The notes below the pieces were generated by a model. The model was not told where the DNA came from and ran no database searches. It worked only from the letters and a program-made list of their open reading frames with translations. This document shows, in pieces, positions 1 through 10,620 of a stretch of 64,000 nt of DNA. The DNA is from Orbicella franksi (Eukaryota). Where the stretch lies: positions 21,390,001-21,454,000 of the forward strand of contig OZ116711.1 in NCBI GenBank assembly GCA_964199315.1, written 5' to 3'. Position 1 is the stretch's first letter; every line of letters begins with the position of its first letter. The position numbers and the translations under genes were made by a program.

Positions 1-3000
1 CATCACAAAGCATGCAAGACTCGGACTGCAAGTGTAATAGTCGGTGGAGTTCACTGAAGAAGAAGCTACGATCCCTCTCGCTGTCATACTTTGCAAGACA
101 TTACTATGGTCCATGGTTGCAAAAAATGCCAGTCAAGGTGACAAATATGACTGCTAAATTTGATATTCAAATTATTCATCAGGCAAGGGTTGTTAAATAT
201 CGTTGGTCACTGATAAATCTTGATTTAAAAGCAAAACCCTTTTCAATTATAGCTTGATGTTATTTACTGCTAGTCAGAGTAGAAAATGATATCCTGAGCT
301 ACAATGGAAAATAGCAGGATCTTTACTGTTTACTGTAGATACATGTATAATATTGAATTCAAAGCACATGCTATATTAGGTTAGTGCGGTAAGGGTGTAA
401 CAGATATGAACTGCTTAGAATACATGTAGGCTGCTTATCCTTTCTGTCACTGAAAATATGTTTAACACAGTGGCAATTCCAGAACTACATGTACTCAAGA
501 TGTAATTTATTTCACTTAATTGTTGTTTTTTCTTTTTCTTTCAGATTTCAGTCTTATTCATGTTTGCATGTCTGTTTGCTGCTGGTGTCTATGGCTGTAT
601 GAAAGTGGAAGAAGGTTTGGACCTAACTGATGTAGTCCCACGAACAAGTCCAGAACACGAGTTTGTCAAAGCACAATCAAAATACTTCTCTTTTTACCCG
701 ATGGCTGTCGTGACCAAAGGAGGCTATGACTATCCTAATGGACAGGAGCTCTTGTACAAGTTTCATGATACATTCAAGAAGGTAAAGCCCTGATCTCAAC
801 ATACAGATTCCCTTTAACAGTACAGACTCATTTCTTCTAATAGAAACCTAGTAGGTGCTTCACTCTGAAGTGTGAAATACTGCAAGGTATTTATTAACCT
901 CCCATTAGTGAGACATCTGTACCTTCACTGATTGCCCTCACCTAAGTTATTGTTAAAGTAACAATTCTGTGTACCCAGTGCGAAGTGCATTGCTCAAGAA
1001 CACACCAGAATGACACTGAAGTCCAGTCCAGAAACTGTATGAGCACCTCATCTCTTGTGTGCTGTGTAACTGAAGTAAAGTGAACTTGTAACTTGTTTTA
1101 AGCTTGATTCTAATCTAACTTGCAGATTCCCAACATAATAAAAACACCTGAGGGGGAATTGCCACCTTTCTGGTTGATGTATTTCAGGGACTGGCTTATA
1201 GGTATGTTACAGATGTGCATTAATTGCATCATATACTCAGGCATAAAATGTATTGTCGTACAGTCTGCATGTGGAGGGCTGGAAAGCACTTTTCACCTAG
1301 AGAACTGGTTAAAGGTATCCAATGATATCGTCTACATTATGTATATTTCTGGTTTGTTATACATGTATCTGACATATACATGTATGCTTGCAAGTAATCA
1401 GTCTTAGGTACAGTGAGCAAAATATTTGGAACAAATCCACCATGTTGATAAAATTAGAAACGCATGTACCAGTGACAGGGTAAAAAAAAAAAATGTGGAC
1501 CAGTAGAGCTATTCAGTGTAATGAAAATTTTCAGAGTTGGGAGTGTAATGGCTGATTGAATCTATTACAGTAACTGTAACATTGTGTAAAAGTAATGCTT
1601 ATTGTTTCAGAGCTGCAAAAAGCATTTGACAGAGACTGGGCTGAGGGGAGAATTTCATATGATGGGTGGCAGAAAAATGCATCTGATAATGGTGTGATGG
1701 CCTACAAGCTGTTAGCACAGACTGGAGAAAAAGAGACAATCAACAGATCCATAGTATGTGTTGAAAAATAAATTGTACTGAAAGGTTGCATTTTTCACTC
1801 AAGGCTAAGGTCTAAGTAGGGTTTTCACAAAGTTGTTAAACTGTAGGTGGCACTATTGCTGGGTTAGGCCGCTGATTTTGCCATCTCTAAATTTTTTAAA
1901 GAATCTAATGAATAGCTCAGGAGAGAAGCGGCTGTTGCCAGCCAGCAGCTGGCAACATTTGACAACTCAGTCATGCCAGCTGACTAGATTTCGGACTTAC
2001 ACTTGGCTTATTGTTAAAGTGAGTTTAGTGTTTTGAGGAGGTTTAACTATCTTCCTTCATGCCAGAACGCCCTGTTTTGCAAATTTATTCTACCATGAAC
2101 TTTGGAAAGTGATTACTTCCCTAAAGTAGCCGTAGAAAAAGATGGCTTAATAAATAAGGACCCTCATTACTTGCAGAACTGTGTGGCACGGGAGTAATAA
2201 AAACCATGAGACTCAATTAGTTTACTCCTTGTCAATCAACAGGTTCGTAGTGTAAGGTTGGTTGATGATGAAGGAATTATCCGCCCAGAGACCTTTTACA
2301 AGTATTTGATGGTTTGGTTCAATGTGGACTTTATGGGATATACCATGTCGCAGGTTTGTGAACTCAAATTACATCATGATGTGTGCCACAAGTAAACATC
2401 TTGTGTTACATGCTCAACTTTTCTTCAATGCAGATAAATGCAAGATTATTCCTAAAAATGTTACATTGATCAACATAGCTTGAAAGAGATCCTAGCTTGG
2501 AAGAGATGCATTGAGTGTGCGATCAGTTGTTACTTGGTGCTTCTATTGACTATCGTGTTTACCGGGTAACTGCCAATATGACAGCTACATGGATCTTGAT
2601 AAACCTAAATGTGTATCTTCAATTTGAAGGTTTTTTAAGGCCATTTCTCTTACGTAGGGAAAGCAGTGAAAAAAAAGGATAAAAGTGAGAGATTAATTTG
2701 GCAAAAGCTACATTGTAGCATGGGCCTCCCTCACTGTTCAGACCAGTGACAATGTTTGTAAACCTTTGTGTAATAGAGTTCTGCTCTTAATTCATTTAAC
2801 CCAGGCAAACATCAAGCCAGAACCAGAGGAATCATGGTTTAACACAAGAAGACACCAAGAATACAACGCCATGCGAGGTATGTTGTGATTAAATTCGTTC
2901 TTGGTAAAACCCAGGCCAAATTTGAACCACATCATGTACATAAACTGAAATAAATTCTGTGTTGTCACTGGTGTAGATGTACCGTAGTTAAGTTTACTGA

Positions 3001-6000
3001 TAACTTGTGTTTTCTTTTTCCTTTCAAAACAGTTGAGCCACCAGCACCGCCTTCAAACTTCACTTATATTCCATTTAACCTGATCAACCTTAGGACTACA
3101 AAGGACTTTGTTGAAACAATCAAGGTATTAACAATTATTTATGTAGTAAAAATAATTTTTTTTGCCAAGTTACATAGCATGTAGGCAAATAACAGAAAGG
3201 GGGTTTACTGAAATGGAAGGTGCTGACAGGTACTGGAAAACTCAATTAGCTGCAAGACACATTTAGTGCAACTTATCAGCAATGTCTTTATATTGGAGGC
3301 TTCACTTCAAAATAGTTATAAGTTTTGTAATGCTACATTGTACATGTAGGTGTGACAGGTAAGTTGCTGCATATTTGATTCCCACTTGTCTCCCAAATCA
3401 GAATGGCAACTGATAATCAAGGAGCCTAGGTTGTCAAGCGGAATTAAAATTTTGCTTTGTTGTTTGCAGAGTGTCCGCACCATATGTGAAGAGTTTTCAG
3501 CGGCTGGCCTGCCTAATTACCCAAGTGGTATCCCATTTATATTTTGGGAACAGTACATTTGGTTGGGGGAACATCTCTTGGTTGCTGTCGCGATTGTGCT
3601 GTCAGCAAGTTTTGTGGTCATGGCTGTTATTCTTTGCAATTTCTGGGCAGCGATGTTGATAGTAAGTGTGTAACATAACGAAATTTAAAATAGTACTATC
3701 GTTTCTCAAAATGATGTTTTAATTATTGTAATTCATGTGACTCATGTACTTTGAATAGATGAACTTGCTTCTTTCTAGCACTGATAAAAATACAAGTAAG
3801 CTATTTCCAATGAAAAAATATGGAAAGGTTTCTCGAAGTTGTAGTTATTGTTTCAGAAGTTTTCTCTTTTCAACAAGTGTTAAGGTGGCTAAGTGTATTT
3901 CTGGGCTCAGAGAATTTTTCTGTGAAACTGAAAAATTGTAAAGTTATAAGTAGAGTGATCATGAATGAGATGTTTGTTTTTTTGATCGCATAGGTTATTG
4001 TCCTGGTAATGATAACAGTGGAAGTGTATGGCTTTATGGGTCTGGCTGGTATAAAACTTAGTGCCGTGCCTGCAGTTACACTCATTCTGTCTGTTGGAGT
4101 TGGTGTGGAATTCACTGTACACATGTGTATGGTATGTTGTACATGGATATGTTAAGATTAATTTTTCTTGAAGTGAAACGTGAGAACAAGGGCCTTACCC
4201 TTGGAATAAAAATATTAAGAACATTAATTCATTGGCAATCAGGTTGTGTGCATATGCATTATAAATCCATATTGTTTGCGAGGAATTTAAAAATCAAAGT
4301 GTTAGGTCCGCTGAAAATGTCCAACTATCATGTATATAGGATAGATGAATTTTAATTGAAAATTTTAGTTTTATCATGTTTTTGCATAACCCCATCAGTT
4401 ATTGAGCTTTGATTTTAATCGTGCTTAAATAAAGGTTGTCTGTTTATGTGTCTGTCTGTCAGTCAAAAGCTTATTATAACATAACTAAAGCAAAGCGCGC
4501 GCTCTGATTGGTTAATTTAGCGTCTACTATTTGCCCATGGGTGTACGCTGCTGACGTGTGTGCTAATGTTTACAAAGCAAATCTTTTGACAGACATTGTT
4601 TCCAAAGTAATGGTCGACGTCGTTCTGCCAGAAATGCGAAACTGTCTTCACAGTTGTTTGAAGATGAAACTTTATCGAGTTACTGGTGTGCAGTCGGTTG
4701 TCATGAATGAATTTTCGCGCGCTTGTTTTCTCTTGTCATGTAAGACTACACGAACATTTTTTTATGATGTAGCTCAATAAAAGGACTTCTGTTGTTCCAA
4801 TGTCTCAATGTTATGTTATAAAACAAATGGTAAACGCCATAGCGTGCACTATTGAGTTATGGATGCACTTGGGAGGTTTGCTAAGCACTCAGGAAGCTAG
4901 AGTCGCAGGAGGCGATAGCCGAGTGCGACTCTTACGCTTCTTTCGTGCTTAGCAACCTCCCGCGTGCATCCATAACTCAATGGTGCACGCTATGGCGTTT
5001 ACCATTTGTTAATTTTACAATAACTGTCTAATTTCTCGCGCGCTGATTGGCTCATTTTTATCATCAATTAGAGTACAGACGGATAAAATTTTAATTTATG
5101 CTAGCTTTCAAGTTCAACTGTCAGCTGTCAAACTGTCAAAATGTTTCACAGTATTTTTTAGTTCAGTTAAACAGTTGGTGGATTTATGGTTGAACGTGTA
5201 AACACAGTCGTGATCCTAAATAGTTTGCTTTCGTTCCATATTCTTTTCTTTTAACTTACCTGTTTGCATTTTCTCTCCTTTTTCTTTCAGCAATTTTTGA
5301 CGAGTGCAGGCGACAGAAATCAGCGAATGCAGAGAGCTGTCGAACATGTGTTTTCTCCCGTTGTGGACGGTGCCATGTCGACCTTACTCGGTGTCATTAT
5401 GCTTGCGGGGTCAGACTTCGATTTTATCGTCAGGTACGGTTATTAGAGAAAAGAATCGTGAAAAAACTTATGCAATAAAAACAAGAACTTGCAGCTTTTT
5501 CGCTTTACGCTTTCAAAAATGGCGGAAAATTGGTAACTAGGCTTTAACTCCCATCATGCTTCACGAAGCTAAGGACCCGCTTTTCCCGGCAAAAATTTAG
5601 GGACCGGAGCGGGCAACTTTGGAAGTAGGCAAATTTCCTAGGAAAGCTTCCAGAAAGTCCGAAAATTTTCAACTAACAATAGGCTTTACTAACGGAACGT
5701 CATTTACTGATTTACTTATTACAGGTATTTCTTTCATCTGCTGGCTGCACTGATTGTGATTGGAACTGTAAATGGTCTTGTGTTTTTGCCAGTGCTGTTG
5801 TCTCTCGCTGGGCCTGGACCCGAGGTAGGTTTCCCTTCAATTTTCCAGTGAACCATAACTCGTTCTTACGAGCGGATGAATGAAACTGAAGACATAGCTT
5901 CTCGTTAATTTTACAGTCGTCATTTTGTCCCCAGACGCAAAGAATACTGTTATTATTTTTGTTTGTCTCGTCAATACCTTAAATCTGGAAATGCTGATTT

Positions 6001-6531
6001 TCTACGGCTGGGATATAACGTCAATAACGCAAGACAGTCAAACAACTTCGTTTTGTTCTCTGTTTTGTTTTAAAGGTTGAAGAAATGCTTCCTCCAGGAA
6101 CAGCCTCTTCTGCCGGGTCAAACAGAGAATTGTTTCCCAGCTCTACTTGTAGACAGAGAACCCCTCCTGCGGATTCCGAGGTTTGTATCCTGGAGAGAAT
6201 CGCCAGAGAAGAGGAAAGGTCATCTGGTTCCGGGAGGAGACGTACTCGCCATAAGAGGGGTCCTCACAAGAGTAACAGCCGGAGTAACAGACGTGCAAAT
6301 CGAAGCAGGTCTCCCCCGGTCGATTCGGATTCGTCAAGTTCGACCGTGACTCGGGTAACGGCTCGTGCTACGGTCACGGTCGAAGTGCATACCGAACAAG
6401 TCTCCACCGAAAGAGCGGCGTATCAGAATTTCCGAGGTGGAGCACAAGTTGGGCCGATTCATAACCAAGGGGAGATAGACGAGGAGGATTTGCACGTCAC
6501 GAATTTGGAGTGCGATGGCATAAGAAGATAG
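1..6531 (+). CDS. PTCH1: Patched paralog A (canonical Patched, PTCH1-like), 3' half; 5' part lies upstream of the window
   Basis: Manually spliced GT-AG exons: <1-137, 545-781, 1126-1201, 1611-1753, 2243-2353, 2805-2877, 3033-3124, 3470-3661, 3994-4131, 5291-5433, 5725-5824, 6076-6531 (TAG). Phases are compatible throughout. Motifs include [88 protein letters not shown]. The 138/143/100-nt exons match the sizes of human PTCH1 exons 19-21 as I recall them. Confidence 0.95.
4822..5010. repeat. Long palindromic (foldback) element in gene A intron
   Basis: ~85-nt inverted arms (AACAAATGGTAAACGCCATAGCGTGCAC... / ...GTGCACGCTATGGCGTTTACCATTTGTT) around the loop GGAGGCGATAGCCGAG. Confidence 0.9.
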
Positions 6532-7269
6532 GACAGTGAAACGTCGACTGTTTCCTGACAGTCATCCAGTGGAAAATGACGCCTAAAGGTCAAGTAGAGG
6601 TACGCGCGAGACGTGCGCGCGAGGGCGCAGAGCGCGCGTGACATGAGTAACCTGCGTGTTTCCTCGCGAGTTAGTAACATGGTTACTATCAAGGACGGAG
6701 AAAAGTAATGGGAAAACGCTCAGTTATTCATGAGGTGTTACTTTTGTACAGGAAAAAAAACCCAGTAAAACCGGATTTTACTGGATACAGTACTTCTAAA
6801 CTGTTTACGGACGACAACAGTCTGGTTTGACGTTGTGCATCTCCATTCTAATTTAGAATCGAATACGAGGAATATTCGAATTATTTATATCAGTGTACAA
6901 AGTTCGATGTAATTATCCAGTTACCAGCCGGCTTGGCCCATGTTACGTAACACAGTAAACCAGTGTAGAGTTATTAGGTAAGGGGTTTTATCACTCTATT
7001 TATAGTAGGAAAGTAGAAAAGAAGCGGTCTTGGTCGCTGCTCAAGCTACTTTTCGATTAGATGTTGGGGGAAATAGCGCCCTGTTAATTGGCTACTTTGA
7101 TGATATTCGTCAGTTGTTAATTCACTTAAGCACGAGCTCGTATTTTAACTGTTTCACTCCCAAAGTACTGAAATGCTCGAGTCTTTGAGTGAGGTTCTGC
7201 CTTCTTCGTCTTTAGACGAAACTAGAGTGTAATCAATGAAACGAAAGCCAACTAGGGGTACAGTTTGGG

Positions 7270-7445
7270 TTTAAGTTTTGAGTGTGTAGATGAAACCCTA
7301 GTGTGTGACCATTCAAATGAAAGCTATTGAGCAGTACTTTCATGTTGAATTTTCCACCCTTTGGATGAAACGCCAGTGTGTGGGTATTCGAGTGAGATGT
7401 ATTATTTTTGGCAGTGCTGTTTGTTTTGCTGTACAAGGTTGATGT
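7270..7445. repeat. Decayed satellite-like units (GTGTGACCATTCAAATGAAAGCTATTGAGCAGTACTTTCATG type)
   Basis: Two degenerate units sharing GATGAAAC(C/G)C(T/C)AGTGTGTG. Confidence 0.4.
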
Positions 7446-10400
7446 TGGGAGTGAAACGGTTAAAGAGTTTGGCTCTATAGCAAAGGGTTCGTGGAATGAG
7501 GTCTTTTAATGATCCAATAATAGCGATTCGCCGAGAGAACTGAGCCTGCCATTTTCAAGAGCGGGGTTGCTAAGCAACATGGCGTATCTTATGACGTCAT
7601 GTTTGACAGCTCGGAAGTTTCGTGCTGTGTGAGAATCAGAAAATTTTCAGTTGCTGCAAGACTCAGTGTTTGTTTTGTTCGTGCTGGTGTTTCACTGTTA
7701 ATCGAAGTACCTTATGAGGGTAATTAAGGCTCGATCTAAAGTTTTGTTTAGCATATTTAGAATGAAGATTGGAATAGTCTGCGGTGTGCATTTAACAGTT
7801 CGGCTTGGGTCTGCAATGTTTTTGGGCTGTCTGTCTGCCCGCTTCCCCTGCCCTCGCCTCCCCCCCCCCCTCCCCCCGTGCTCTGATAAAAAATCACTGA
7901 ACATGTTAACTGAAAACAGACAACAAATGGGTCTAGTCTAGGGGGGTAGCTATCCTTCTTTCGTGCTGTTCGTTTTCAGTCATACAAAGCTCCAATTCCG
8001 TTGCATATAATCTTAATTTTTAAGATTTACTTTATGACAGAGTTGTTGACCGGATTAGTGGATAGTTTTTAAAATAAGGTTAGTTGTAATTTGCATGATA
8101 ACGGTTCATATTACCCGAAGACTTATCAATCGCCCTATCAGTTGTATCATATTTTTCCGAGGCAGTAGTCTGTAAGTTATTTATTTATCCCATATCGTAA
8201 TCAAGTAGCCTGGGAAAACGGGCATTTCTCTTCACGGGCTCAATTCCCCTCCCTCGAGGGACAGAGATTAAACCGGAAAAATTCCGTCGTGTGAAGGTGA
8301 TCCGTGCAGCATCTCTGATTGGTTTTAAATTGCGCGCGAAAATTCAAAACCCAGCACTCACCAATCAGATGTGCTGTGCGGTTCTTTGTAGTGCTACGTC
8401 ATCTTAATGGAATTTTTCGGTTCCAGTCTCGCATGGGAAAGAATTGAGCTTGGTAAGAGAGAGTTGTGTTTACTGAGGCTAGCGTTCAAGTTGATTGATT
8501 AGGACTGCCGACAACTCTATCCGATACATGTACACAAGATGATACCCGTTCGTCGTTTAGTCGTTGGTCAAGAATACTAAATCAGGGACCAACGAGCAAA
8601 TATTAAATTATTGTTACTGATAAACCCTACCGGATATTTAATGAATAAAGTTACGTTTAAAAGACATCGTTTTGTGCGATATTGCATACCTCGATATCCA
8701 TGACCTCAGTCCCTCAAATTTTTATTCAAGCACGGCGAAGCACTAGTTAGGCTTCGCTCTTTGCGACGGCATGAGGAATAATAAGTACTTGAGGAGCTCA
8801 TCGCTGCTACTAGAATAGAATACTGACGCCCTATTAGTGGCAAACAAATAACGGGATAAGGGGTATTTGGAACAGATTTTTCGGGATATCGAGTAGGAAA
8901 ATTGTTAGTTTGTGAAATTGAAATTTACGGGATACGGGATATTAACGGGATAAGGGATATTTAGATCCCCACCCCCACTCCCTAATAGAGATTCAATACT
9001 GACGATGCGGGGCAAAAGGAACGAGGCAATAGAACTGCATAATGTACGTCGGAAGGCTCACGTAGGCGGCTAGCAACTCGGGTACCCTTCAGTGGGCGGC
9101 TGCTAACGTGATTTTATTTTTAAGCTGACCAGCTCTAATTTCGATCACCACTGATAAAAAAAAACCCTGGGGTATTGGACTTCATGTATACTTCCAAGAA
9201 ATGTTTGTCTCAGTAGAACGAAACAACTGGTGTTGGGAACAAGTTGCCCGTGGAACCTAAGAAAGGCTAATTCCTTGAGAAATTGAACAAAAATCCAAAA
9301 CCGGTGGGCTCAAAAAATTGCCCATTGTAGAAGCCTTTGTTTGACGCTAATCCTCTCAGACAAGCGGGAGGGTCAGCGGAAGCCTCCCATAAATGTCAAG
9401 AGTTGATTCCGGCTTCCTGCACGCGCGCGACTTCGGTTATCAAGTTTTGGCGTACAGAAGGAGACAAACCTATACCATGTATTTCAATTATGAATTAATT
9501 ATCTAATTAATCAACTGGCCCTCTCGACGAGCCATTAACACTTTGACCACACACAAGTGCGGCGAATGCTTTGTAGTTTGGAACTAAAAAATAAAATCCA
9601 CGAGGAAAATAAAAATAAAAATCCTGTGCGCAAAGCAAATGGACGCATAGACTGGGAGGAATCTCTCTCTACTACTTAGAAATCTGCGTGAAGATCACAA
9701 ACAAGTGAGCGAACAAGCACGATATTCGAGGGGCGAACGGCGAAGCTGCGGCGAGTATCGCGGTGTCTTAGTTTTTGCCAATTCTCCGACGATCAAGCTA
9801 CTTGCGACTCGCGTCTTCGCCGCATCGTGCTCGTTCGCTCAGTTTTTGCGTTCTTCTCGTGGATTCTAGAGAAAAGCTAATTATTGAGAACACAATTTCA
9901 AAGACGAACCGTCATGCACATGAAAATCATACAAGCGTTTCTAATCTGCGAACGCAAACGTATTTCCCGCTGTCACGCTGTCACTTCGGTGGAACCAGGC
10001 TATATCTCATCTTTGTAGCCAGGACGCCATGAGAAGTGCTGCGCGAAACATTTTTGCACGATTACATAGGGTCAAGCTGTTTTGTAACGGTTTATACCAT
10101 GTGATTTTTCTCTGTAATTAAACCTAGAGGGGTATAAAACCTCTAGTTTTGGAGAAGGAAGGATGAGTGTCGGACGAAAACTGAACATGTTACTAAAGAA
10201 AGAGGGTCAAATCTGTTCTAGTTATCAAGTAAATGAACATATTTTGGGGAGAATATATTAAGCAATTCTTTTGTTTGCAAGCTGCAAACGAAAATAAATT
10301 TTCTGCTTGCTTAGTTGTTGACGTTTCACGTCATCACGAAACCCATGTTTGTTATGTTACTAGCGATCATCAACAAAAACAAGGTGGCTTCATTTACATT

Positions 10401-10620
10401 TTCCCGCTGTTCCGGTGAGCCTCGATTGCATGCACGATATTTTACGAGCTTGACAGTGTTTATAAAATGCGGCGTGAATAACACATTTCTAGGACTCTAG
10501 CAGGCCACTAGGAAATGCTGCTTGATCACACTGTATTCACAGTAGAATGTAGCATTCTTGATGTTAGCAATATTTGAATTTTTTTCACGAGATCGTCCGT
10601 AAAAGGCTACATATAGTAAA

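Noticed and set aside
3870-4124. Similar minus-strand ORFs ([19 protein letters not shown]...) at 3870-4124, 25960-26241 and 55802-56077, resembling a repeated small gene family
   Set aside because: They are antisense shadows of the conserved Patched TM9-TM10 exon; the similarity follows from the + strand coding sequence.
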